From the NCBI GenBank assembly GCA_041694945.1, contig JBGFRU010000044.1, forward strand, positions 15,165 through 79,164: 64,000 bases of DNA. The letters are read 5' to 3'. Origin of the DNA: Pseudomonadota bacterium (GTDB taxonomy: Bacteria; Pseudomonadota; Gammaproteobacteria; Burkholderiales; Burkholderiaceae_C). The first letter of the stretch is position 1; every line of letters begins with the position of its first letter. The translations under genes and the position numbers were made by a program. Under the pieces are notes generated by a model, which saw only the letters and a list, made by a program, of their open reading frames with translations, ran no database searches and was not told the origin of the DNA. This document shows, one piece after another, positions 50,502 to 59,682 of this stretch.

Positions 50502-52850
50502 TCAGTCGGCCGTGGCCTCTTCGGGTTCGGCCGGTTCGGCGCGGGCTTGGCGCTCTTTTTTGCTCAGCGGCTGAATGTCGAGCTTGACTTCGGGCTTTTC
50601 TGGGTTGCTGGTGTCGATGTCCACCTCGAGCCGCCCGCCTTCGGTCAGGCGGCCAAACAGCAGCTCGTCGGCCAGCGAGCGCCGGATGGTGTCCTGGATC
50701 AGGCGCTGCATCGGGCGCGCGCCCATCAGCGGGTCGAAGCCCTTGGCGGCCAGGTGCTTGCGCAAGGCGTCGCTGAAGCTGACCTCGACCTTTTTCTCGG
50801 CCAGTTGCTGCTCGAGCTGCAGCAGGAATTTGTCCACCACGCGCATGATGACCTGCTCATCGAGCGCCTTGAAGCCGACGATGGCGTCGAGCCGGTTGCG
50901 AAACTCGGGCGTGAACAGGCGCTTGATGTCGGCCATTTCGTCGCCGGCCTGGCGCACGTTGGTGAAACCGATGGCCGCCTTGTTCATGGTCTCGGCGCCG
51001 GCGTTGGTGGTCATGATCAGGATCACGTTGCGAAAATCCGCCTTGCGCCCGTTGTTGTCGGTCAGGGAGCCGTGGTCCATCACCTGCAGCAGCACGTTGA
51101 AAATGTCGGGGTGCGCCTTCTCGATCTCGTCGAGCAGCAGCACACAGTGCGGCTTCTTGCTGATGGCCTCGGTGAGCAAGCCACCCTGGTCGAAACCCAC
51201 ATAGCCGGGGGGCGCGCCGATCAGCCGGCTCACGGCGTGGCGCTCCATGTATTCCGACATATCGAAGCGCGTCAGCTCGATGCCCAGGATGAAGGCCAGT
51301 TGCTTGGCGGCCTCGGTCTTGCCCACGCCGGTGGGGCCGCTGAACAGAAAGGCGCCGATCGGCTTGTCGGGCTTGCCCAGCCCCGAGCGCGCCATTTTCA
51401 CGCTGGCCGCCAGCAGTTCCAGCGCCTTGTCTTGCCCGAACACCACCGCCTTGAGGTCGCGCTCCAGGGTTTGCAGCTTGCCGCGGTCGTCGCTGCTCAC
51501 GCTGGCGGGCGGAATGCGCGCGATCTTGGCGACGATTTCCTCCACCTCGGCCTTGCCGATGGTTTTCTTGCGCTTGGACGGGGTGAGGATGCGCTGCGCC
51601 GCGCCGGCCTCGTCGATCACGTCGATGGCCTTGTCGGGCAGATGGCGGTCGTTGATGTACTTGGCCGACAGCTCGGCCGCCGCCTGCAGCGCCGCCGCCG
51701 CGTACTTGACGCTGTGGTGCTCTTCGAAACGGCTTTTCAGGCCCTTGAGAATGTCGATGGTCTGCGCCACCGTGGGCTCGACCACATCGATTTTCTGGAA
51801 GCGGCGGCTGAGCGCGGCGTCTTTCTCGAAAATGCCCCGGTACTCGGTGAAGGTGGTGGCGCCGATGCACTTGAGCACGCCGCTCGAGAGCGCCGGCTTG
51901 AGCAGGTTGGAGGCATCGAGCGTGCCGCCCGAGGCCGCACCGGCGCCGATCAGGGTGTGGATCTCGTCGATGAACAAAATCGCGTTGGGCTTGTCTTTGA
52001 GCGACTTGAGCACGCCCTTGAGGCGCTGCTCGAAATCGCCGCGGTACTTGGTGCCCGCCAGCAGCGAACCCATGTCGAGCGCATAGACGGTGGCCTCGGC
52101 CAGCACCTCGGGCACTTCTTTTTGCACGATGCGCCAGGCCAGGCCCTCGGCGATCGCCGTCTTGCCCACCCCGGCCTCGCCCACCAGCAGCGGGTTGTTC
52201 TTGCGCCGGCGGCACAGAATCTGGATCACGCGCTCGACCTCGTAGTCGCGGCCGATGAGAGGGTCGATCTTGCCGTCGCGCGCCAGCACGTTGAGGTTTT
52301 GCGTGAACTGCTCGAGCGGCGAGGCCTTCTCGGGGGCTTTGCTCTCGCCACTGGCTTCCTCGTTGTCGGCGGCGCCGCCGCCCTCGGAGGGCTTGGCGGG
52401 CTCGGGCGGGTCGCTCTTCTTGATGCCGTGGGCGATGTAGTTGACCACGTCGAGCCGGCTCACGCCCTGCTGGTGCAGGTAGTAAACGGCGTGCGAGTCT
52501 TTCTCGCCAAAGATCGCCACCAGCACATTGGCGCCGGTGACTTCCTTCTTGCCGTTGCCGGTGCTCTGCACGTGCATGATGGCGCGCTGGATCACGCGCT
52601 GGAAGCCCAGCGTGGGCTGGGTGTCGACCTCGTCGGCCCCGGCGACCTGAGGCGTGTTGTCCTTGATGAAGTGCGACAAGGACTTGCGCAACTCGTCAAG
52701 TTTGGCCGAACAGGCGCGCAACACATCGGCGGCGCTGGGGTTGTCGAGCAGGGCCAACAGCAGGTGCTCGACGGTGATGAATTCGTGGCGCTGCTGGCGC
52801 GCTTCCACGAAGGCCATGTGCAAGCTGACTTCGAGTTCCTGGGCGATCAT
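50502..52850 (-). CDS. clpA: ATP-dependent Clp protease ATP-binding subunit ClpA
   Basis: Clp N-domain ([15 protein letters not shown]....[14 protein letters not shown]) and two AAA+ modules ([18 protein letters not shown]). Confidence 0.95.
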   Translation of the reverse strand: MIAQELEVSLHMAFVEARQQRHEFITVEHLLLALLDNPSAADVLRACSAKLDELRKSLSHFIKDNTPQVAGADEVDTQPTLGFQRVIQRAIMHVQSTGNGKKEVTGANVLVAIFGEKDSHAVYYLHQQGVSRLDVVNYIAHGIKKSDPPEPAKPSEGGGAADNEEASGESKAPEKASPLEQFTQNLNVLARDGKIDPLIGRDYEVERVIQILCRRRKNNPLLVGEAGVGKTAIAEGLAWRIVQKEVPEVLAEATVYALDMGSLLAGTKYRGDFEQRLKGVLKSLKDKPNAILFIDEIHTLIGAGAASGGTLDASNLLKPALSSGVLKCIGATTFTEYRGIFEKDAALSRRFQKIDVVEPTVAQTIDILKGLKSRFEEHHSVKYAAAALQAAAELSAKYINDRHLPDKAIDVIDEAGAAQRILTPSKRKKTIGKAEVEEIVAKIARIPPASVSSDDRGKLQTLERDLKAVVFGQDKALELLAASVKMARSGLGKPDKPIGAFLFSGPTGVGKTEAAKQLAFILGIELTRFDMSEYMERHAVSRLIGAPPGYVGFDQGGLLTEAISKKPHCVLLLDEIEKAHPDIFNVLLQVMDHGSLTDNNGRKADFRNVILIMTTNAGAETMNKAAIGFTNVRQAGDEMADIKRLFTPEFRNRLDAIVGFKALDEQVIMRVVDKFLLQLEQQLAEKKVEVSFSDALRKHLAAKGFDPLMGARPMQRLIQDTIRRSLADELLFGRLTEGGRLEVDIDTSNPEKPEVKLDIQPLSKKERQARAEPAEPEEATAD

Positions 52851-52928
52851 GGTGCGTTTCCTTCAGTCTAGCCTGTAATTTACTGCGATTTGCGGCATCT
52901 GTGCGCAGCAATTGGGGCAAATCCGCCC

Positions 52929-53267
52929 TTATTCAATGGGTTCAGACACGCACTGCAGCGGGTGGCCGTGGTGCGCCGCGGCTTGCAGCACCTGATCGAC
53001 CTTGGTCTGGGCCACGTCGCGCGTGAACACGCCACACACCCCTCGCCCTTCGAGGTGGATTTTGAGCATGATCTGGGTCGCGTGCTCGCGGTCTTTGTTG
53101 AAAAACTCCTGCAGCACCTGCACCACGAACTCCATCGGGGTGAAGTCGTCGTTGAGCAGCAGCACCTGGTGCAGCTTGGGTGGGCGCACGCGCTGGCGGC
53201 GGCGCTCGAGCACCGTGGCACCGTCGTCTGCAGGCAACCGTGGTTTGAGGTCGGGCTGAATAGGCAT
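52929..53267 (-). CDS. clpS: ATP-dependent Clp protease adaptor ClpS
   Basis: ..[27 protein letters not shown].....A.QIML.IH..G... Confidence 0.93.
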   Translation of the reverse strand: MPIQPDLKPRLPADDGATVLERRRQRVRPPKLHQVLLLNDDFTPMEFVVQVLQEFFNKDREHATQIMLKIHLEGRGVCGVFTRDVAQTKVDQVLQAAAHHGHPLQCVSEPIE

Positions 53268-53347
53268 AGCGGAATTTTACGCAGCTATACGTTCGCCTGC
53301 AGGCTGTCTGAACTGACTTAGGGGCAGGCTGGGGCAGGAAAACACCA

Positions 53348-53513
53348 CCGCAGCCGTCTTTCCACGCGTACGCGCACGGGTCACGCAGGTTGCGCCAGAG
53401 CAGGAAGCGCGTGAACTCGTGGTAAAACCCGATGCAGTTGCAGCCCACCACCCGTGCTGCCGTGCGGCAGTGGAGCTCGATCGGCGCGCCTATGGGCCGC
53501 AACTCGGCACCGG
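53348..53513 (-). pseudogene. decayed fragment of an exodeoxyribonuclease I (sbcB) paralogue
   Basis: Hand alignment of DNA and protein to sbcB at 48820-49110: ..PIGAPIELHCR..[internal deletion]..VGCNCIGFYHEFTRFLLWRNLRDPCAYAWKDGCG versus sbcB ..PIGAPLMFYCR.....VGVGFNSIRFDDEFTRFMLWRNLLDPYAREWKNGCG. Only about 55 codons remain. Confidence 0.75.
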
Positions 53514-53514
53514 C

Positions 53515-54471
53515 TTACGGCACCGGCATCAGGAAGTTCTGGCTGATGCGCTGCCCGAGCAGGCTGACGCGGTCGAGGAACTGCGTCAGAAAGGCGTGCA
53601 AGCCGTTGGCCAGGATCTCTTCCACACGGCCAAATTGCAATTCGGCGCGCAACTTGCCGGCGTGGCGCTCGGTTTCGGCCGACGACTCGTTGCGCACGGC
53701 GCGCAGGTTGTTCACCACCTCGTTCATGCACGCCAGCAGGCTGCGTGGCATATCGGGGCGCAGAATCAGCAGTTCAGCCACACGTTCGGGCGTGATCAGG
53801 GTGCGGTAGACCTTGCGGTAGACGTCAAAGGCGCTGACGCTGCGCAGAATCGCGCTCCAATGGTAAAAATCCAGTTCTTGCTCGGGCCGCCCCATGCTGC
53901 CGTAGAGCTCGTTGTGGGCACTCTGAAACTTGACGTCGATCAGCCGCGCGGTGTTGTCGGCGCGCTCCAGGAAGGTGCCCAGGCGGTAAAAGTGAAACGC
54001 CTCGTCTTGCAGCATGGTGCCTACCGCCACCCCGCGCGAGAGGTGCGAGCGGTACTTGACCCATTCAAAAAACTCCGACGGGTCCTTGGCTATGCTGGCA
54101 TTGCGCAATCGGCGCTGCAGCTCAAGCCAGGTCTGGTTTTGCGTCTCCCACAGCTCGGTGGTCAGGACGCCGCGCACGGCGCGGGCGTTTTCGCGCGCGG
54201 CACGCAGGCAACTGACGATGCTCGACGGGCTGTCTTCGTTGCACACCATGAAGTGCAGCACCTTGGCCGGGGTGACTTCGCCGTACTGCTGCTGGTAGGC
54301 CGGCATCAGCTCGCAAATGCGCAACAGCCCGGCCCAACCAGCCTCGGCCATGGCGCTGGGTTGCGGCAACAAGGCGCTTTGGTGGTTGACGTCGAGGATG
54401 CGCGCGGTGTTTTCGGCGCGTTCGGTGTAGCGCGCCATCCAGAACAGGTGGTCGGCAGTGCGTGACAACAT
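53515..54471 (-). CDS. alpha-E domain protein (COG2307/DUF403 type)
   Basis: MLSRTADHLFWMARYTERAENTARILDV.. and a second ..FHFYRLGTFLERADNTARLIDVK.. repeat. Start trimmed to ATG 54471. Confidence 0.88.
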   Translation of the reverse strand: MLSRTADHLFWMARYTERAENTARILDVNHQSALLPQPSAMAEAGWAGLLRICELMPAYQQQYGEVTPAKVLHFMVCNEDSPSSIVSCLRAARENARAVRGVLTTELWETQNQTWLELQRRLRNASIAKDPSEFFEWVKYRSHLSRGVAVGTMLQDEAFHFYRLGTFLERADNTARLIDVKFQSAHNELYGSMGRPEQELDFYHWSAILRSVSAFDVYRKVYRTLITPERVAELLILRPDMPRSLLACMNEVVNNLRAVRNESSAETERHAGKLRAELQFGRVEEILANGLHAFLTQFLDRVSLLGQRISQNFLMPVP

Positions 54472-54485
54472 GGCTCGCGTCTCCG

Positions 54486-55934
54486 TCAGGTTTCCAGTAT
54501 CCAGGTGTCTTTGGTGCCGCCGCCCTGGGACGAGTTGACCACCAGCGAGCCGGCCTTGAGCGCAACCCGCGTCAGGCCGCCGGGCACGATTTGCACTTTC
54601 TTGCCGCTCAGCACAAAGGGCCGCAGGTCGATGTGGCGTGGCGCAATGCCTTCCTCGACGTAGGTTGGGCAGGTCGACAGGCTCAGGGTAGGCTGGGCGA
54701 TGTAGCCTTGCGGGTTGGCCAGCAGCGCGGCGCGGAAGGCCTCGATTTCTGCACCGCTGGCCGCCGGGCCCACCAACATGCCGTAGCCGCCAGCCCCGTG
54801 CACCTCCTTGACCACGAGCTCCTTCAGGTGCGCCAGCATGTAGGCCAAATCCTCGCTGTTGCGGCCCTGAAAGGTCGGTACGTTTTGCAGGATCGGGCGC
54901 TCGCCGAGGTAAAACTCGATCATCTGCGGCACGTAGGGGTAGATCGACTTGTCGTCGGCCACGCCGGTGCCGATGGCATTGCAAAGCGTCACGCGGCCTT
55001 TGCGGTAGGCCTGCAGCAAGCCCGGGCAGCCGAGGGTGGAGTCGCTCCGAAAGGCGTTCGGGTCCAGGAAGTCGTCGTCGACGCGGCGGTAAATCACGTC
55101 GATGCGGCGCGGGCCGCGCGTAGTGCGCATGTAGACGAAGTCGTCCTTGACGAACAAGTCCTGGCCTTCCACCAGCTCGACGCCCATTTGTTGCGCCAGG
55201 AAGGCGTGCTCGAAATAGGCGCTGTTGTACATGCCGGGCGTGAGCAAGACCACAGTCGGCTCGGTGGTATGGGCCGGGCTGACGGCGCGCAGGGTGTCGA
55301 GCAACCAGTCCGGGTAGTGGTCGACCGGCGCGACGCGGTTTTCGCTGAACAGTGCGGCAAACAGGCGCATCATCATCTTGCGGTCTTCGAGCATGTAGCT
55401 CACGCCGCTGGGCACGCGCAGGTTGTCTTCGAGCACGTAGTACTCGGCCCCCTCGGCGCTGCCGGGGCGCGGCGCGCGCACGATGTCGATGCCCGCAATG
55501 TGCGCGTAGACGCCGCCACGCACGGCCACGCCGCGCATTTCGGGCCGCAACTGCGCGTTGCCGGCGATCTGTTCCTGCGGCACGATGCCCGCGCGCACAA
55601 TTTCCTGGCCGTGGTAGATGTCGTGGATGAAGCGGTTCAGGGCATTGACGCGCTGGATCAGCCCTTGCTCGATGCTGCGCCACTCGTGCGCCGGGATCAC
55701 GCGCGGAATCAGGTCAAAGGGGATCAGGCGTTCGGTACCAGCACCGTTTTCGTCCTTCTCGCCATAGACCGCAAAGGTGATGCCGACGCGGCGAAAAATC
55801 ATCTCGGCTTGCTCGCGCATGTCGGCCATGGCCGCGGCGGGCTGCTCGGCCAGCCAGCGTGCATAGGCCTGGTAGTGCGCCCGTACCTGCCCGCAGGCGT
55901 CGTACATTTCGTCGTATGGAAGGGGGCTGCTCAT
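54486..55934 (-). CDS. circularly permuted type-2 ATP-grasp protein (COG2308 type)
   Basis: MSSPLPYDEMYD..IPFDLIPRVI...W..IE.GL.QRV.ALN.F..DIY..Q.I...G..P....; ..VLLTPG.YNSAYFEH.FLA..MG..LVEG.DL.V....V.M.T..G..R.DVIYRR.DD.FLDP; ..VN..G.G.ADDK..Y.YVP. Start at ATG 55934; the 577-aa upstream part of the track ORF is antisense to the next gene. Confidence 0.88.
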   Translation of the reverse strand: MSSPLPYDEMYDACGQVRAHYQAYARWLAEQPAAAMADMREQAEMIFRRVGITFAVYGEKDENGAGTERLIPFDLIPRVIPAHEWRSIEQGLIQRVNALNRFIHDIYHGQEIVRAGIVPQEQIAGNAQLRPEMRGVAVRGGVYAHIAGIDIVRAPRPGSAEGAEYYVLEDNLRVPSGVSYMLEDRKMMMRLFAALFSENRVAPVDHYPDWLLDTLRAVSPAHTTEPTVVLLTPGMYNSAYFEHAFLAQQMGVELVEGQDLFVKDDFVYMRTTRGPRRIDVIYRRVDDDFLDPNAFRSDSTLGCPGLLQAYRKGRVTLCNAIGTGVADDKSIYPYVPQMIEFYLGERPILQNVPTFQGRNSEDLAYMLAHLKELVVKEVHGAGGYGMLVGPAASGAEIEAFRAALLANPQGYIAQPTLSLSTCPTYVEEGIAPRHIDLRPFVLSGKKVQIVPGGLTRVALKAGSLVVNSSQGGGTKDTWILET

Positions 55935-56291
55935 GGTGACAGGGGGAGGCAAACGGTGCGCTCCTGCAAGCCTGCCAAGCAAAATCCAGGCCAGCCCTGC
56001 CGGCAGCGGCCCTGGTTTGTTGCTTGGCCCCATCGCCCTCCCTCTCCCCCTGCCCTTGCCCCAGGCACGCAGCCCAACGCACCGCGCTGGGGCAAACGCC
56101 GCACAAGCTGCACCATCTTGGGCCTGCGCCGGGTTGCCATGCCCGGTGCCGGGGCGCAGCGGCTGCAATGAGCCCTGGCGCAATCCTTGCTTGCATGCAC
56201 AGTGCCCGCTTGCCAGCAAGCGCTTGCCCCGCGCGGGTGGCGCTGCCGGCCCGCCCTTTACCGGTGCAACCCAAATCAGCGAAAGTCTGCC

Positions 56292-59200
56292 ATGCCGATC
56301 CATGTTGCCCTCAACCACGTCACCCACTACCGCTACGACCGCTGGGTGAAACTGGCCCCGCAGGTGCTGCGGCTGCGCCCGGCACCGCACACGCGCTCGC
56401 AGGTGCTGTCGTACGCGCAACGCATCGAGCCTGCCGAGCATTTCATCAACTGGCAGCAAGACCCGTTCGCCAATTACCTGGCCCGGGTGGTGTTCCCGCA
56501 GCCCATGCGCAGCTTTCAGGTCACCATCGATCTGGTGCTGGAAATGGCGGTGCACAACCCGTTCGACTTCTTTCTGGAGCCCTACGCCGAAACCTTCCCC
56601 TTTGCCTACCCGAGCGACTTGCAGACCGAACTGGCACCTTACCTGGAAGCCGCCCCAGCCGGGCCGCACTTGCAGGCATATCTGGCCCCCACGCGCGCCC
56701 AGTTGGCGGGCGCAGCGGCGCGCACGGTGGACTTTCTGGTCGCGCTCAACCAGCAACTGCAACGCGATATTGCCTACACCATACGGCTCGAACCTGGTGT
56801 GCAAACGCCGGAACAAACCTTGGGCCGCGCCACCGGCTCGTGCCGCGACAGCGCCTGGCTGCTGGTGCAGATGCTGCGCCAGTTGGGGCTGGCGGCGCGC
56901 TTCGTCTCGGGCTACCTGATTCAACTCAAGCCCGACGTCAAGCCCACCGACGGCCCGGCTGGCGCGGCGCAGGACTTTTGCGACCTGCACGCCTGGTGCG
57001 AGGTCTATTTGCCCGGCGCGGGCTGGATCGGGCTCGACCCGACCTCGGGCCTGCTGGCTGGCGAGGGCCATATTCCCCTGGCCTGCACGCCACAGCCTTC
57101 GAGCGCGGCCCCGATCAGCGGTGCGCTGGACGAATGCGAAGTCGCGTTCGAGCACCAGATGCGGCTCGAGCGCGTACACGAAAGCGCGCGCGTGACCAAG
57201 CCCTACAGCGAGGCGCAGTGGCAGGCAATTCATGCTTTGGGGCAGCAAGTCGACGCCGAGCTCGAGCGCGGCGACGTGCGCCTGACCATGGGCGGCGAGC
57301 CCACGTTCGTCAGCAGCAGCGAGCGCGACGCGCCGCAGTGGAACACCACTGCGCTGGGCCCGAGCAAGCGCCGCTACGCGCTGGAGCTGCTGCAGCGCTT
57401 GCGCGAACGCTACGGCGCCGGCGGCATCGTCCATTTGGGCCAGGGCAAGTGGTACCCGGGCGAGCCCCTGCCGCGCTGGGCGCTGTCGCTCTACTGGCGC
57501 ACCGACGCCGAGCCGATCTGGCACAACCCGGCGCTGCTGGACGGCGAACACGCGCCCCAGCGCTGCGACAGCGCCGACGCACAGCGCTTCATCGCTGCCT
57601 TGGCGCAGCGCCTCGGCCTGGGTTTGGAGACCGTCCAGCCGGCTTACGAAGACAGTTGGTACCACCTCTGGCGCGAAGGCCGACTGCCGCTCAACGTGGA
57701 CCCGCTCGAAGCCCGGCTCGACGACGAACTCGAACGCGCCCGCCTGCGCCGCGTCTTTCGCCAGGGGCTGGACGCCGTGGTCGGCTACGCCCTGCCCTTG
57801 CAGGCACAGCCCGCTGCGCCGGGCTCGTGTGCCGCCAGCAGCCGTTGGCGCAGCGGGCCTTGGTTCCTGCGCGAGCAGCGCCTGTACCTGATTCCTGGCG
57901 ATTCACCCATGGGCTACCGCCTGCCGCTGGACGCGCTGCCCTGGGTGGCAGCGAGCGACTGCCCCTTGCCCACCGAGCCCGACCCGGCTCAGCCACGCCC
58001 CGACTTACCCGCCGCCAGCGCCCTGCGCCTACGCTATGCGCAGCCTCCCCTGGGCAGCGCCGCAGCGCCGGCTGTGGCGGCGCGCATGCCGCAGCGCGGT
58101 GAATCTGCCGCCTGGCTGGTGCGCACCGCCCTGTGCGTGGAAGCGCGCGACCCGCAACGCGGCAACGGCTGCGAACCCGACCCCAAGGAGGGCAGTGCGC
58201 CGCAGTCGTGCCTGTACGTCTTCATGCCACCGCTGCCCGAGCTGGAAGACTACCTCGACCTGCTCGCCGCCGTCGAGGCCACGGCCGCGCAGTTGGGGCT
58301 GCCGATCGTGCTGGAGGGCTACCCACCGCCACGCGATGCGCGCTTGCAGATGCTGCAAGTCACACCCGACCCAGGCGTGATCGAGGTCAACATCCACCCG
58401 GCCCGGCATTGGGGTGAACTGGTCGAACGCACCGAGTTTTTGTACGAGGCGGCGCAGCAAGTGGGCTTGTGCGCCGAGAAGTTCCTCATCGACGGGCGCC
58501 ACACCGGCACCGGGGGCGGCAACCATTTCGTGCTCGGTGCAGCCACGCCGCTCGACAGCCCCTTTTTGCGCCGCCCCGAATTGTTGGCCAGCCTGCTGGC
58601 CTACTGGCACAACCACCCCAGCCTGAGCTACCTGTTCAGCGGCCTGTTCATCGGCCCGACCAGCCAGGCCCCGCGCGTGGACGAAGCGCGCAACGACCAG
58701 GTGTACGAGCTCGAGATCGCACTCAGCCAGATCGAACGCAGCCGCGAACTTTACGGGCAGCAGATGCCGCCCTGGCAAGTGGACCGCTGCTTGCGCAACA
58801 TCCTGGTCGATGTCAGCGGCAACACGCACCGCAGCGCGTTCAGCATCGACAAGCTGTACAGCCCCGACGGGCCGAGTGGACGCTTGGGGCTGCTCGAACT
58901 GCGCGCTTTCGAGATGCCACCGCACGCGCGCATGAGCCTGGTGCAGCAACTGCTGTTGCGCGCACTCGTGGCCCGGTTCTGGCAGCAACCTGGGCGCGCT
59001 CGCCTCACGCGCTGGGGCACCCAACTGCACGACCGCTTCCTGCTGCCGACTTTTGTGCGCCTGGACTTTGAGGACGTACTCGACGACCTGGCGCAACACG
59101 GCTTTGGTTTTGAACGCGCCTGGTTCGAGCCGCACTTCGAGTTTCGCTTTCCACTCATCGGCCAACTGGCGGCGCGCGGCATGGTGCTGACGCTGCGCCA

Positions 59201-59654
59201 CGCGCTCGAACCCTGGCATGTGCTGGGCGAGGAAGGCTCGACCCACGGCACCGTGCGCTACGTCGATTCTTCCGTCGAGCGGCTGGAGGTCAAGCTCAGC
59301 GGCTACAACGACAGCCGCTATGCTCTGGGCGTCAACGGGCGCGCGCTGCCGCTGCACCCCAGTGGCCTGGCGGGCGAATACGTGGCTGGCGTGCGCTTCA
59401 AGGCCTGGAACCCGGCTTCCAGCCTGCACCCGGGCGTGGGCGTGCACGCACCCCTGACCTTCGACATTTTCGACACCTGGCTGGGGCGCTCGGTGGGCGG
59501 CTGCCAATACCACGTCATGCACCCGGGCGGGCGCAACCACGAACGCCTGCCAGTCAACGCCTTCGAAGCCGAGAGCCGGCGCCTGGAACGCTTCTTCCGC
59601 ATGGGGCACACCCCGGGCACGCTGGCGCTGCAAGCCACGCAGCCGAGCCGGTAG
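56292..59654 (+). CDS. large transglutaminase-family protein (N-terminal transglutaminase-like cysteine-protease core + long DUF2126-type C-terminal region)
   Basis: MPIHVALNHVTHYRYDR.V.L.PQV.RLRP..H; Cys-His-Asp core context GSCRDSAWLLVQMLR..G..ARFVSGY / DLHAWCEVYLPGAGWIGLDPTSG. 1120 aa from ATG 56292. Confidence 0.88.
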   Translation: MPIHVALNHVTHYRYDRWVKLAPQVLRLRPAPHTRSQVLSYAQRIEPAEHFINWQQDPFANYLARVVFPQPMRSFQVTIDLVLEMAVHNPFDFFLEPYAETFPFAYPSDLQTELAPYLEAAPAGPHLQAYLAPTRAQLAGAAARTVDFLVALNQQLQRDIAYTIRLEPGVQTPEQTLGRATGSCRDSAWLLVQMLRQLGLAARFVSGYLIQLKPDVKPTDGPAGAAQDFCDLHAWCEVYLPGAGWIGLDPTSGLLAGEGHIPLACTPQPSSAAPISGALDECEVAFEHQMRLERVHESARVTKPYSEAQWQAIHALGQQVDAELERGDVRLTMGGEPTFVSSSERDAPQWNTTALGPSKRRYALELLQRLRERYGAGGIVHLGQGKWYPGEPLPRWALSLYWRTDAEPIWHNPALLDGEHAPQRCDSADAQRFIAALAQRLGLGLETVQPAYEDSWYHLWREGRLPLNVDPLEARLDDELERARLRRVFRQGLDAVVGYALPLQAQPAAPGSCAASSRWRSGPWFLREQRLYLIPGDSPMGYRLPLDALPWVAASDCPLPTEPDPAQPRPDLPAASALRLRYAQPPLGSAAAPAVAARMPQRGESAAWLVRTALCVEARDPQRGNGCEPDPKEGSAPQSCLYVFMPPLPELEDYLDLLAAVEATAAQLGLPIVLEGYPPPRDARLQMLQVTPDPGVIEVNIHPARHWGELVERTEFLYEAAQQVGLCAEKFLIDGRHTGTGGGNHFVLGAATPLDSPFLRRPELLASLLAYWHNHPSLSYLFSGLFIGPTSQAPRVDEARNDQVYELEIALSQIERSRELYGQQMPPWQVDRCLRNILVDVSGNTHRSAFSIDKLYSPDGPSGRLGLLELRAFEMPPHARMSLVQQLLLRALVARFWQQPGRARLTRWGTQLHDRFLLPTFVRLDFEDVLDDLAQHGFGFERAWFEPHFEFRFPLIGQLAARGMVLTLRHALEPWHVLGEEGSTHGTVRYVDSSVERLEVKLSGYNDSRYALGVNGRALPLHPSGLAGEYVAGVRFKAWNPASSLHPGVGVHAPLTFDIFDTWLGRSVGGCQYHVMHPGGRNHERLPVNAFEAESRRLERFFRMGHTPGTLALQATQPSR

Positions 59655-59682
59655 GCCTGTTCGAATTGTTTGCGACGCGTGA

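Noticed and set aside
49470-52871. 1133-aa + strand ORF
   Set aside because: It is out of frame with the WD40 gene and then antisense to clpA. There are no motifs and the composition is extremely biased.
55935-57665. Upstream 577 aa of track ORF 54486..57665, and the similar upstream part of 53515..55683
   Set aside because: Homology to ATP-grasp and alpha-E proteins begins at the internal ATGs 55934 and 54471. The extensions are antisense to, or overlap, neighbouring real genes.
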